58,395 nucleotides of DNA from an uncultured bacterium (GTDB taxonomy: Bacteria; Acidobacteriota; Thermoanaerobaculia; Thermoanaerobaculales; Sulfomarinibacteraceae). This document shows positions 1 to 9,896 of the stretch, one piece after another. Location of the stretch: NCBI GenBank assembly GCA_965533305.1, contig CBESWV010000001.1, positions 1 through 58,395 of the forward strand, in the 5' to 3' direction. The notes below the pieces were generated by a model, which was not told where the DNA came from, searched no databases, and saw nothing but the letters and a program-made list of their open reading frames with translations. The position numbers were made by a program, and so were the translations under genes. The stretch's first letter is position 1. Each line of letters opens with the position of its first letter.

Positions 1-3000
1 GATCTCCTCGGCCTCGAGCGACCGCCGATCAACGCGACCGCGAATCTCGAGCTCGAGGCGAGCTGGCACCCGGATCGACCCGGCGACACTCGAGTGCTTG
101 CCGAGTTTGGGGATCTCCGGCTGCAACATCTCGGGGGCGAATTCACGGCAGAGGAACCGCTCACGGTGCGTGCGTCGGGAGACAGGATCGAAATCGAACC
201 CGTGTCGCTCAGAGGTCCTCAGACGGTGATCAACGCTGAAGGGGGAGTGAATCTCGTCACCGGCGAAATGGATGGATCCATCGACGCGCTTCTGGCCCCA
301 CGGTTTGCTCGAAACATTCCATACCCGGTTCAGATTCACGAACCCATCAGCCTCTCGGCGACCATGGGAGGCAACCTACGGCGCCCGGAGGTTTCACTCT
401 GGGTCAACCACCCCGGAGGCGCCCTCGTTTTTCGGGATCCCCCGCTTCGGATCCGCGATCTGGTGCTCTCGGCGGAATGGGTTGATGGAGCGTTGTGGAT
501 CAACGACGGGCGGGCGAGGGTCAACCAGGGAACCATGGAAATCGGCGGCGGCTGGGACCCCGTTTCACGCCAGGGCGTCGTCGCCGAGTTCGAACATGTG
601 GTCGTCTTTGTCGGCGGCATCCTCAGCCAATGGACGGGGGCGGTCGCCGTCGAACCCGAGCCCGGCCGGATCGCGACCGTGGCCGGCGAACTCAACCTGG
701 TGGCCGGTCTGTGGGATCAGAACGTCAGCCTCGGCGGCGCCCTTTTCGGATCCAGCTCCCTCGAACCGACCATTGATGATCCTTTGAACGATGTCTTCCT
801 CGATCTCGATGTGCGCGGACGCGGTGTCGTCAGGGTCGAGAACAACCTCGGCAGGTTTGATGCCCGCTGGGACGTCCTCCGTGTCACCGGCACCGCGGCG
901 CAACCGAGAATCAAGGGGGAGATCACCATCGCGCCGGGCGGGCGTTTCGCCCTCGCCGGCCAGAAGGTGACGGTGCGACGAGGGAATCTGGTTTTCACCG
1001 GGGACCCGGAAGTGGATCCGATCATCGAGATCGTGCCGGAATCCGACATCGCGGTTTTCGGGGGCTCCGAGGGCGGGCTCAACACCACGACCATGGCGAC
1101 CGAAGCACTGGTCGGCGGGATTGCGGGGGCCCTCGGCTTCGAAAACGAGACCCTGCAACCCGCCGAGATCTCGGTGGAGACCGAAAAGGACTCGGCCGAC
1201 AACTTCCTGTTCGGCCAGAGGGTGAGCCACAACGTGGCGCTTTTCTTCGCCACCAACACCACCGACGTCCAGGATCGGACCTCCATGCTCCAGTTCTGGA
1301 ATCTGCCGGGTCTCAAGGGGCTGGCGTTTCAAGGCTATGAAAAGACGCTAACTAGCGAGGTCGGCGGGAACGTCATCCATCGGTTCCAGTTTGGTGGCTC
1401 GTCGCTCTATGCCGACCGGCCGACCATCCGCAAGTTGAGGCTCAACGGGGAGTGGCCGCTGAGCAAGCGAAAACTCAGGAAATCCACGGGCTTCAGACGG
1501 GGGCAACCGTTCGACCCATTCCTCGAGTTTGTCGCGCGCGTTCGCATGGAACGAACGCTCGCGGCGGCGGGATACCAGGAGGCTCGGGTCCATGCCGAGT
1601 CGGTGGAGTCCAACAACGCCTGGACCCTGAACTTTGAGTGCGAACCGGGCGAACGGCAGGAGATTGTCTTCGAGGGTGATGAGCCTCCACGGCGCATCCG
1701 GGACGAGGTAACGGCGCTCTATCGACACCCGCCGCTCGAGTCATTCGGCTTTCGGAACATGCAGATCCTCCTCGAACGTCACTTCGATGTCGAGGGCTAC
1801 CCCGATGCCTCGATCGTCATCGAACGGCGTGGCGAGGAGGTGGTGGCCGAGATCTCGCCTAAGGGTCTGACTGAACTCAGCGGTCCGTTCCTGGAAGGGG
1901 TGCCGGAGTCGGTTTCCGAGGCGGTCGTGAATCGTCTCGGCAAAGCGAACGAGCTGGCCATCCTGTCCGAGGATGAAGAGCGGGCGATCAGGATGATCGA
2001 GCGGGTCCTCGCCGATCAAGGTTATCGCGAGGCGCGCGTCGAGTCGGTGGAGACCGTGGCCACCAGCGCCGAACGGGCGGAGGTCCGGGCGGTGGTGGAG
2101 CTTGGCCCCCGGGCAGTGGTCGGAGAGTTGATCGTCAGCGGGTCCGATCCTCTCGGTCTCACCGCCGCCGAGGACTTCCCGCTCAGGATCGGAAGTCCCC
2201 TCGATCGCCTGAGCGTCGATCTCGCCGCGAGCCAGGTGCGGGCCGGTTACGACGCCGCCGGGTACTCGGATGCGGTTGTTCGGGGTTCGGCGGAGGAGAT
2301 CCCCGATGGCGGATGGGTGGTGTCGATCTTGATTGAGCCCGGGATTCAGCGGATCCTCGAGGGCGTCGTTGTCAACGGGCTGAAGCACACCAGCCCGCGC
2401 GCGATTGTTTCGGGTGTCTCCATCGAAGAGGGTGAGATTCTGCGCAACTCTGATCTCGATGCGACCGCGGCTCGGATTGCGAATTTCGCTCCCATCGAAA
2501 GAGTCGACGTGCGAACCGTACCGCAGGGCAGCACCGGCGCCAACGTTGAGATCGATGTCATCGAAAAACCGCGCTGGACCACCGAGGTCGGTGGCGGCTG
2601 GAGCTCGGAACGCGGCGCCCAGGCGCGATTCGGCCTGCGCGACGACAATCTCATCGGGCGCGGTTTCGGCCTCAATCTCCGCGGCCGCTGGGACCAGACC
2701 GAGTGGCTCGGTTTCATCGTCGCGTCACTCCCACCCCTGCCCGGCAAGAAGCTGTCGTTCATCTCCACCATCGGCTACTCGAGCGGGGACGCGCCGGAGA
2801 GCCCTGATCTCCTGGCTCAGGACGAAGCCTCATGGAGCATCGATGCGACCCGTCGTGTCGGGAGCGGGCGAAAGGGATCCGCGGGCTACGCCTACGGCGA
2901 CAGCGGGCAGCAGGTCACCGCCTACTATCGTTTCACGACGACCCATGTCTACGAAAAGGTACCCGATCCGGACTTTTTCGTTCCCATCGACAACACCACC

Positions 3001-3594
3001 CGGGTCGGTCTCATCGGTGCGCGCTACGTGCGCGATCGATTCGACTACCCCTTCGACCCGAAATCGGGTCATGGACTACTCCTCGATCTCGGCTACAGCA
3101 ACAACCTCATCGGCTCGGATCTCGACTACTGGACGGGCCTCGGCAACGGATCCGTGGCCTTGGGGGTCTTCGGATCCAGCACCTGGATGCAGAGCCTGCG
3201 GATCGGGGTGGTGGAACCGCTGCACGGAACCAATCTCGATCGGCTAGCGAAGTTCTTCGCCGGGGGTCAGGGTTCGGTCCGTGGTTTCGACCGGAACACG
3301 GTCGGGCCGACCATTCTGGACAGCCCGGTCGGCGGCGGGGCGCTCTTCATTCTCAACGAGGAGCTGCGGATTCCCGTGTGGGGGACCTTCAGGGCCGCGG
3401 TCTTCGCCGATGTCGGTCAGGTGTGGGAGAGCTGGGGCCACGCCAACATCCACATGTCGGTGGGGGTCGGAATCGGTGTGCGTTGGGCGACTCCGGTGGG
3501 ACCCCTGTGGGCCGATATCGCCTGGCCGGTAGTCAACACCGGGATCAGCTCAACCAAACCAAAGTTCTACGTCGGGATCGGGAGGCCGTTCTAG
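1..3594 (+). CDS. TamB-like (DUF490-type) C-terminal module fused in frame to POTRA repeats and an Omp85 (TamA/BamA-type) beta-barrel; 5' end cut by the window edge
   Basis: Frame 1 is open from nt 1; the track ORF 94..3594 only begins at an internal GTG. Around nt 850-1390 there are TamB C-terminus-like motifs (VTGTAAQPRIKGEITI, RGNLVFTGDPEVDPIIEIV, LFGQRVSHNVALFF). About nt 1420-2570 encodes repeated POTRA-like units. About nt 2570-3594 encodes a surface-antigen barrel ending in the OMP beta-signal FYVGIGRPF. Confidence 0.8.
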   Translation, partial: DLLGLERPPINATANLELEASWHPDRPGDTRVLAEFGDLRLQHLGGEFTAEEPLTVRASGDRIEIEPVSLRGPQTVINAEGGVNLVTGEMDGSIDALLAPRFARNIPYPVQIHEPISLSATMGGNLRRPEVSLWVNHPGGALVFRDPPLRIRDLVLSAEWVDGALWINDGRARVNQGTMEIGGGWDPVSRQGVVAEFEHVVVFVGGILSQWTGAVAVEPEPGRIATVAGELNLVAGLWDQNVSLGGALFGSSSLEPTIDDPLNDVFLDLDVRGRGVVRVENNLGRFDARWDVLRVTGTAAQPRIKGEITIAPGGRFALAGQKVTVRRGNLVFTGDPEVDPIIEIVPESDIAVFGGSEGGLNTTTMATEALVGGIAGALGFENETLQPAEISVETEKDSADNFLFGQRVSHNVALFFATNTTDVQDRTSMLQFWNLPGLKGLAFQGYEKTLTSEVGGNVIHRFQFGGSSLYADRPTIRKLRLNGEWPLSKRKLRKSTGFRRGQPFDPFLEFVARVRMERTLAAAGYQEARVHAESVESNNAWTLNFECEPGERQEIVFEGDEPPRRIRDEVTALYRHPPLESFGFRNMQILLERHFDVEGYPDASIVIERRGEEVVAEISPKGLTELSGPFLEGVPESVSEAVVNRLGKANELAILSEDEERAIRMIERVLADQGYREARVESVETVATSAERAEVRAVVELGPRAVVGELIVSGSDPLGLTAAEDFPLRIGSPLDRLSVDLAASQVRAGYDAAGYSDAVVRGSAEEIPDGGWVVSILIEPGIQRILEGVVVNGLKHTSPRAIVSGVSIEEGEILRNSDLDATAARIANFAPIERVDVRTVPQGSTGANVEIDVIEKPRWTTEVGGGWSSERGAQARFGLRDDNLIGRGFGLNLRGRWDQTEWLGFIVASLPPLPGKKLSFISTIGYSSGDAPESPDLLAQDEASWSIDATRRVGSGRKGSAGYAYGDSGQQVTAYYRFTTTHVYEKVPDPDFFVPIDNTTRVGLIGARYVRDRFDYPFDPKSGHGLLLDLGYSNNLIGSDLDYWTGLGNGSVALGVFGSSTWMQSLRIGVVEPLHGTNLDRLAKFFAGGQGSVRGFDRNTVGPTILDSPVGGGALFILNEELRIPVWGTFRAAVFADVGQVWESWGHANIHMSVGVGIGVRWATPVGPLWADIAWPVVNTGISSTKPKFYVGIGRPF

Positions 3595-3618
3595 ATGGTC
3601 GGCCGGCGGAGTTACGCC

Positions 3619-4404
3619 CTATTTTCTCGTCGCGAGAAGGGCTTTGGCGGTCTTGGCTTCCGGTGAGTTCGGCGCCAGCTTGACGAACTGATCGAGATCG
3701 ATGAGGAAGTTGTCCTTCCGGCCGAGTTTGTCCCAGGCAAGCCCACGATAGAAATAGAGATGTGCGTATCTCGGGTCCAATTCGTGGACGGAGTCAAAGC
3801 TCTTCTTGGCTGCTTCCCAGTTCTTCTGGATGAGAAAGGTGAGCCCGATCTGGAAATCGACCATGGGTTTGTCAAAGCCGTACTTTGCAGCCTTCTTCAG
3901 CGCCTTTCGCGCTTCAACGGCATTTTTTTGGCGGACTTTGGAGGCGCCGAGATAAAATTGGGCTCGCGCGTCCCTGGAGTTTTTCGCCACCTGTGCTTTG
4001 GCTCGGTTGAGGGCATTCTGCCAGGCGGCTCTGGCCTTGTCGGATTCACCCACCCACTTGAGCACCTCTCCACGGTAGAACTCCGACACGGGATCACCCG
4101 GGTCCTTCTTGGACTGTTTGTCGAGAATCGCGAGGCCCTTCTTGACCGTCGCCTCGTCCTGCCCGATGCCGAAGGTTGCCATCAAGAGCGCCTCTGCGGT
4201 CAACCACGGCTGGGAATTTTCGAACTTCAGGTTTTTCTTGAGGATGGACTCCGCAGTCTTCGGTCGCCATGCCACGGATTTCGAAATGGCACGGTCGCGA
4301 ACCCGCTCCGCTCCGGCCTGGGGAGCATCCGCAGCCTGCGAGGGAGCCACCACCAGAGCAGCGAATATGATCGACAGCGCAACCCTCAGCGTCTTCCAAG
4401 TCAT
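3619..4404 (-). CDS. Secreted TPR-repeat protein
   Basis: ATG at 4404 with a GGGAGG RBS upstream. N-terminal signal peptide (ALVVAPSQA/AD). Lys/Ala-rich helical repeats with TPR-like spacing (YFYRGLAWDKLGR, EFYRGEVLKWVGE). Confidence 0.7.
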   Translation of the reverse strand: MTWKTLRVALSIIFAALVVAPSQAADAPQAGAERVRDRAISKSVAWRPKTAESILKKNLKFENSQPWLTAEALLMATFGIGQDEATVKKGLAILDKQSKKDPGDPVSEFYRGEVLKWVGESDKARAAWQNALNRAKAQVAKNSRDARAQFYLGASKVRQKNAVEARKALKKAAKYGFDKPMVDFQIGLTFLIQKNWEAAKKSFDSVHELDPRYAHLYFYRGLAWDKLGRKDNFLIDLDQFVKLAPNSPEAKTAKALLATRK

Positions 4405-4583
4405 TCTCGACCTCCCGGTCCATAGTCCTGTCGGTCATGATGCCACAGACCGCGGTGATTTCCGACGAGGTTTTTCAGATGGTCACGACAGACCCGAGCG
4501 GATGATCGCCATCCACTTCGGCGCAAACAACCGACCGTGGGTGGAGATTGAGATTTCCTGCTAGGCTCCATAACCGGAGTTTC

Positions 4584-5909
4584 ATGGTCACAGAAACGCG
4601 TCGCGCGCGAATCTTTTCCCTTGCCCTGCCGATCATCGGCGGGATGGTTTCACAGAACGTGCTCAACCTGGTGGACACGGCGATGGTGGGGGTCCTCGGG
4701 GCGGCGGCCCTGGCCGCGGTCGGGATGGCGAGCTTCGCCAACTTCATGGCATCCGCTTTCATCACCGGTCTTTCCGCCGGTGTCCAGGCCGTCGCGGCTC
4801 GGCGACTTGGCGAGGGACGTACGGAAATGATCGCGCGTCCGCTGAACGGAGGGTTGCTTCTCGCGGTGGTCATCGCCATCCCGCTCTCCGCGGTCCTGGT
4901 CGTCTTTGCGGATGACGTCTTTGCGATGTTGGTGGAGGACCCGGATGTGGTGGGGCTCGGAGTTCCCTATTTTCGGGCCCGGCTCGCGGCCATGGCGGCT
5001 CTCGGGGTCAACTTCGCCTTCCGCGGGTATTGGAACGGCGTCAACATGTCCAAGATCTACATGCGGACCCTGCTGGTCATGCATGGATCCAACATCGTTC
5101 TCAACTGGGCGTTGATCTTCGGTCACTTCGGCCTGCCCGCCCTTGGGGTGGCCGGCGCAGGTATCGGCTCGGCCATCGCGACCTTCATCGGGTCCGCCCT
5201 GTATTTCTACCAGGGATGGAAGCTCGCTCGGTCCAACGGATTCCTGCGGGGCCTTCCCGACCGCGAGACCTTGCTGACCATGCTCCGACTGTCGATCCCG
5301 ACCGGGATCCAACAGTTCTTTTTTGCCGCGGGATTGACCGGGTTCTTCTGGATTCTCGGAAGGGTTGGGACCGCGGAATTGGCCGCCTCGAACGTCCTGG
5401 TCCAGCTTCTTCTGGTGGCGATTCTCCCGGGTCTCGGATCCGGCATGGCGGCGGCATCCCTGGTGAGTCAGGCGTTGGGGAGGAAAGAGCCGGACGACGC
5501 CATGGCCTGGGGCTGGGATGTCGCCAAGCTCGCCACCATCGGGGTCGGTCTCATGGCCCTTCTCGGTCTCTTTTTTCCGGACCTGCTGCTGCGACCGTTT
5601 CTGCACGACGAGCAGACCCTCGCCCTGGCCCGTTTGCCCCTGAGGTTTCTCGCGGCAACCATGAGTTTGGACACCCTCGGAATGGTCCTGATGAACGCCC
5701 TCCTCGGCGCCGGGGACAACCTCAGAGTGATGGCGGTGACGCTGGTGTTTCAGTGGGTGATCTTTCTGCCGGTGGCTTATGTCATCGGACCGGTTCTGGG
5801 TTTCGGCATGACCGGGGTCTGGCTCGCGCACATCGGCTACCGGTCGATTCAGGCGGTGGTTTTTCTGCTCATCTGGCGGTCGGGCTCCTGGGCCAAGATC
5901 CAGGTCTGA
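4584..5909 (+). CDS. MATE family multidrug/toxin efflux transporter
   Basis: Polytopic membrane protein with the MATE N-terminal signature (LALPIIGGMVSQNVLNLVDTAMVG). The ATG at 4584 (MVTETRR) is preferred over the non-ATG track start at 4548. Confidence 0.85.
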   Translation: MVTETRRARIFSLALPIIGGMVSQNVLNLVDTAMVGVLGAAALAAVGMASFANFMASAFITGLSAGVQAVAARRLGEGRTEMIARPLNGGLLLAVVIAIPLSAVLVVFADDVFAMLVEDPDVVGLGVPYFRARLAAMAALGVNFAFRGYWNGVNMSKIYMRTLLVMHGSNIVLNWALIFGHFGLPALGVAGAGIGSAIATFIGSALYFYQGWKLARSNGFLRGLPDRETLLTMLRLSIPTGIQQFFFAAGLTGFFWILGRVGTAELAASNVLVQLLLVAILPGLGSGMAAASLVSQALGRKEPDDAMAWGWDVAKLATIGVGLMALLGLFFPDLLLRPFLHDEQTLALARLPLRFLAATMSLDTLGMVLMNALLGAGDNLRVMAVTLVFQWVIFLPVAYVIGPVLGFGMTGVWLAHIGYRSIQAVVFLLIWRSGSWAKIQV

Positions 5910-6063
5910 GGGCCCGTCACGTGCCGCAGAGCGGCGTTGTGGTGGAAAAAATACGGTGGTAGTCTCTCTCCCCGGTGTTGCCGAGGCAACCCGCGGGAAA
6001 CTCCCCCAAACGCAGACAGCCATCGTTCGAAATCGGTCGAGGGAGCGTCCCCAGGAGAGAACC

Positions 6064-7080
6064 ATGAGATTTGAAAACGTGTCGATTTATGGTGTTGCTC
6101 ACATCGATGCGCCTATCAGGGTGGCATCCGAAGAGATCGAAAAACGCCTCGCGCCGACCCTGGAACGTCTTGGTATGCGTGCCGATCTGATCCGCAATCT
6201 GTCGGGCATCATCGAGCGCCGGATCTTGGATGAGGGTATGCAACCGAGCGACGTCGCTGCTCAAGCTGCCGAGAAGGCCATCGAGCAGGCGGAAATCACC
6301 CGTGAGCAGGTGGGCATCCTCGTCAACACCTCGGTCTGCCGCGACTATATCGAGCCGTCGACCGCGTCCATCGTCCACTCCAAGCTCGGTCTTCCCGAGA
6401 CCTGCATGAATTTCGATCTTGGCAATGCGTGCCTGGCCTTCATCAACGGGATGGACATGGTCGGAAACATGATCGAACAGGGGCAGATCGACTACGGCAT
6501 TGTCGTCAATGGGGAATCGAGCAGCTATTCCACCGAGAAGACCATCGAAAAGCTCCTCGATCCCGAGGTGGACGAAGAGACCTTCCGGTCCAACTTCGCC
6601 ACCCTGACCCTCGGTTCGGGCTCGGCCGCCATGGCCCTCGGGCGATCCGATCTCGCCGAAGGCGGACACCCGTTCCTCGGTGGGGTGAATCTCGCCGCCA
6701 CCGAACACAACCGACTCTGCTACGGCCAGGTTGATGGGATGGTCACCAAAGGCCACGAGTTACTGACCGCCGGTCTCGGCCTCGCGGCGCGAACCTGGAA
6801 GAAAGCAGTCGACGAGTTCGGTTGGAAGATCGAGGACTTCGACCACTGCGTGATTCACCAGGTGAGCAAGGTCCATACCGAGCAGTTCTGTCAGATCATC
6901 GGACTGGATGTCGACTCGGTCTTTCGTCTGTACCCAAAATTTGCGAATATCGGCCCGGCGGGCGTGCCCATCGTTCTGTCCAAGCTCAACGAGGAGGGTC
7001 GGTTCAAAAGCGGTGACCGCATCGCGCTCATGGGTATCGGCAGCGGACTCAACTGCACCATGGCGGAGCTGCGCTGGTAA
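6064..7080 (+). CDS. oleA: OleA-type thiolase (FabH-like condensing enzyme)
   Basis: FabH/thiolase-fold sequence. ATG at 6064 is preceded by AGGAGA; the track start at 5956 adds an unlikely 36-aa extension. It is the first of four genes in the canonical oleABCD family order. Confidence 0.8.
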   Translation: MRFENVSIYGVAHIDAPIRVASEEIEKRLAPTLERLGMRADLIRNLSGIIERRILDEGMQPSDVAAQAAEKAIEQAEITREQVGILVNTSVCRDYIEPSTASIVHSKLGLPETCMNFDLGNACLAFINGMDMVGNMIEQGQIDYGIVVNGESSSYSTEKTIEKLLDPEVDEETFRSNFATLTLGSGSAAMALGRSDLAEGGHPFLGGVNLAATEHNRLCYGQVDGMVTKGHELLTAGLGLAARTWKKAVDEFGWKIEDFDHCVIHQVSKVHTEQFCQIIGLDVDSVFRLYPKFANIGPAGVPIVLSKLNEEGRFKSGDRIALMGIGSGLNCTMAELRW

Positions 7081-7104
7081 GCGGTCTCCGGCCACTTAGC
7101 TCGA

Positions 7105-8013
7105 GTGCAGTGGCTGAAATCTGCTGAAGAAGTCATGCAAGGCATCCCAAAGCACCTCTATCCGTTCCAATCGAAGTTCCTCGAGTTGGGCGATCTGCGT
7201 CTTCACTATATCGATGAGGGTTCGGGTGAAGTGGTGGTCGCGGTTCACGGCAATCCGACATGGTCGTTCTACTACCGCGAACTCATCAAGGATCTAAGAG
7301 GCGACCACCGGGTTTTGGCCCCGGATCATATGGGCTGCGGCCTCTCGGACCGACCCGACGATGACGCCTATCAGTTCACCCTCGAGCGCCGGGTGGCCGA
7401 CTTCGAGACCTTTATGGACCGCCTCGATCTCGACGAGGTGAACTTGGTCGTCCACGACTGGGGCGGCGCCATCGGCTGCGCCTGGGCCGGGCGGAATCCC
7501 GAGCGGGTCAAACGCCTGGTCGTCCTCAACACCGGCGCCTTTCATCTGCCCGCGAGCAAAGCCCTTCCCTGGCAACTCTGGCTCATCCGCAACACGCCCC
7601 TCGGCAGCGGTCTGGTCCGCGGGCTCAACGGCTTCGCCCGCGGCGCAACGCACTTCGGCTGCACCCGGCGTCCCATGCCGAAAGAGGTGCGCGATGCTTT
7701 TTGCGCGCCCTATGACACGTGGGAGAACCGGCGCGCGGTGCTTCGCTTTGTCGAGGACATTCCGCTCAAATCCGGTGACCAGGGTTTCGATCTCGTGACC
7801 GAGATCGCCGAGAACCTGCCGAAGCTGGCCGACAAACCGATTCTCATCTGCTGGGGCGACAAGGACTTTGTCTTTGACCACCACTTCCTCGCCGAATGGG
7901 TCAGGATCTTTCCCGACGCCGAGCTCCACCGCTTCGCCGATGGCGGCCACTACATCCTCGAGGACTACGCCGACGAGATCGTGCCGCTGATCCGCACGTT
8001 CCTGGAGCGCTAG
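7105..8013 (+). CDS. oleB: OleB-type alpha/beta-hydrolase (haloalkane-dehalogenase-like beta-lactone decarboxylase)
   Basis: Alpha/beta-hydrolase with the HGNPTWSFYYR oxyanion region and the VVHDWGG nucleophile-Asp motif. The start is either GTG 7105 or ATG 7135. Confidence 0.8.
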   Translation: MQWLKSAEEVMQGIPKHLYPFQSKFLELGDLRLHYIDEGSGEVVVAVHGNPTWSFYYRELIKDLRGDHRVLAPDHMGCGLSDRPDDDAYQFTLERRVADFETFMDRLDLDEVNLVVHDWGGAIGCAWAGRNPERVKRLVVLNTGAFHLPASKALPWQLWLIRNTPLGSGLVRGLNGFARGATHFGCTRRPMPKEVRDAFCAPYDTWENRRAVLRFVEDIPLKSGDQGFDLVTEIAENLPKLADKPILICWGDKDFVFDHHFLAEWVRIFPDAELHRFADGGHYILEDYADEIVPLIRTFLER

Positions 8014-8030
8014 CGAGGGTGGCGTTCCGT

Positions 8031-8203
8031 CACAACCACGAAGGCACGAAGACGCAAAGCATCGCACACGAAGCTGCCGATTCTGAGGCGCCGAAAGACC
8101 CCGGTCGAGGAGAGAGTCCTTCCCACGGCCTCCGGGTCTATCGGCGCCTCAGAATCGGCAGGACTTTGTGACCTCTTGGCGTCTTGGTGTCTTGGTGGTT
8201 GCG
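8031..8203. repeat. Long imperfect inverted-repeat (hairpin) element, copy A
   Basis: Perfect 21-nt inverted repeat: ctgccgattctgaggcgccga at 8074-8094 and its exact reverse complement at 8141-8161. Outer arms at 8031-8073 and 8162-8203 are made of CACGAAG/CGCAAAG-type units and are about 75-80 percent complementary by hand alignment. Confidence 0.85.
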
Positions 8204-8252
8204 ACGAATCGAATTGCCCGAATCGGCGCGATCGTGATTCAATAGCTCGCCT

Positions 8253-9896
8253 ATGAACAAATCGGTCAATATCGCAAATGCGGTCAGCGACATGGCGCAA
8301 CGCCAGCCGGAGGCCACGGCGGTTGTCTGCCCCTGGGGTCGCCGAGGCGGCTCGCTGACCTATGGTGAACTCGAAAACCGGACCTCAGCGGTGGCTGCCG
8401 GTCTCGAATCGGCTGGAATCGGCCGAGGGGTCCGGACGGTTCTGATGGTTCCTCCGGGGCTGGATCTTTTTGTCCTCGCATTCGGACTCTTCAAGGTCGG
8501 GGCGGTGCCGGTCCTGGTGGATCCCGGGATCGGTCTGCACCACCTCAAGGCGTGTCTCGGAAACGCCCGGCCGGAGGCCTTTATCGGAGTGCCCAAGGCG
8601 CAGGCCGCCCGGGTCATTCTCGGATGGGCCAGGGAGAGCGTTCGCACCACGGTCACGGTCGGCCCGAGGTATTTCTGGGGCGGCCACAGTATGCGCAAGC
8701 TCGAAAAGCGTGGTCTCGATGCCGGAGGCAGGGGTGTGGCTGATACCGCCGCCGATGAGATGGCGGCCATCGTCTTCACCTCGGGAAGCACCGGTCCGCC
8801 CAAGGGCGTGGTCTACCGCCACGGGAACTTCGCCGCCCAGATCGAAGCGGTCCGCGGGGTCCTCGATTGCGGTCCGGGTGATGTGGATCTGCCCACCTTT
8901 CCGCTCTTCTCGCTCTTTGATCCCGCGCTCGGGATGACGACGATCATCCCCGACATGGATCCGACCCGGCCGGCGAAGGTCGATCCGGCGAAGATCATCG
9001 GTCCCATCCACGAGTTCGGCGTCACCACCATGTTCGGATCGCCGGCGTTGCTGGATACCGTGGGGCGGTATGGAGTCGAGCATGACATTCAGTTGCCGAC
9101 GCTCAGGCAGGTCGTGTCCGCCGGTGCACCGGTGGCGCCGAGAATCATCGAACGATTCGTCTCGCTCATGGCCCCGGGAGGCCGGGTTCTGACCCCCTAC
9201 GGCGCCACCGAATCGCTGCCGGTCGCGGTCAACTCGAGCGATGTGATCCTCGGCGAAACCCGCGCCGCAACCGATCGCGGCGCCGGGACCTGCGTCGGAT
9301 CACCGGTGCCGTCCATCGAAGCGGCCATCATCGGGATCGAGGATGGCCCCATCGCGGATTGGAGCGATGCTCTCAAGCGACCGGTCGGCGAGGTCGGAGA
9401 GATCGTCGTCAAGGGGCCGCAGGTCACTCACGAGTACTTCGCAACCGAGAAACACAATCGGCTCGGGAAGATCCGCGATGGCGAGAGTGTGCGCCACCGG
9501 ATGGGGGATCTCGGTTACTTTGACGAGCAGGGGAGGCTCTGGTTCTGCGGCAGGATGTCGCAGCGTGTGATCACCGTCAACGAAACGCTCTTCACGGTTC
9601 CCTGTGAGAGTATTTTCAACACCCATGCTGATGTCTATCGCAGCGCGTTGGTCTCTGCCGATGTCGACGGCAAGATCGTGCCGGTGATCTGCATTGAGGC
9701 CGAACCCGGCGTCAAACCCGCTGATCACGAACGGGTTCGGACCGAACTCCTGGAACTCGGCTCCGGGTTCGACCACACCGAGAACATCCGGACTGTGCTG
9801 TTCCACCCGTCGTTCCCGGTTGATATCCGCCACAACGTCAAGATCGGTCGCCGCGAGCTCGGTCAGTGGGCCACGGCGCAACTTCGGAGGGGCTGA
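8253..9896 (+). CDS. oleC: OleC-type AMP-dependent synthetase (beta-lactone synthetase)
   Basis: Acyl-AMP ligase motifs (IVFTSGSTGPPKGV, TPYGATE, GDLGYFDEQGRLWFCGR). Third position in the ole gene order. Its stop TGA at 9894-9896 overlaps the next start. Confidence 0.8.
   Translation: MNKSVNIANAVSDMAQRQPEATAVVCPWGRRGGSLTYGELENRTSAVAAGLESAGIGRGVRTVLMVPPGLDLFVLAFGLFKVGAVPVLVDPGIGLHHLKACLGNARPEAFIGVPKAQAARVILGWARESVRTTVTVGPRYFWGGHSMRKLEKRGLDAGGRGVADTAADEMAAIVFTSGSTGPPKGVVYRHGNFAAQIEAVRGVLDCGPGDVDLPTFPLFSLFDPALGMTTIIPDMDPTRPAKVDPAKIIGPIHEFGVTTMFGSPALLDTVGRYGVEHDIQLPTLRQVVSAGAPVAPRIIERFVSLMAPGGRVLTPYGATESLPVAVNSSDVILGETRAATDRGAGTCVGSPVPSIEAAIIGIEDGPIADWSDALKRPVGEVGEIVVKGPQVTHEYFATEKHNRLGKIRDGESVRHRMGDLGYFDEQGRLWFCGRMSQRVITVNETLFTVPCESIFNTHADVYRSALVSADVDGKIVPVICIEAEPGVKPADHERVRTELLELGSGFDHTENIRTVLFHPSFPVDIRHNVKIGRRELGQWATAQLRRG

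Noticed and set aside
4650-6065. 471-aa minus-strand ORF
   Set aside because: It is antisense to the MATE transporter gene. Its Arg/Gly/Pro/His-rich low-complexity translation is typical of open antisense frames in GC-rich DNA.
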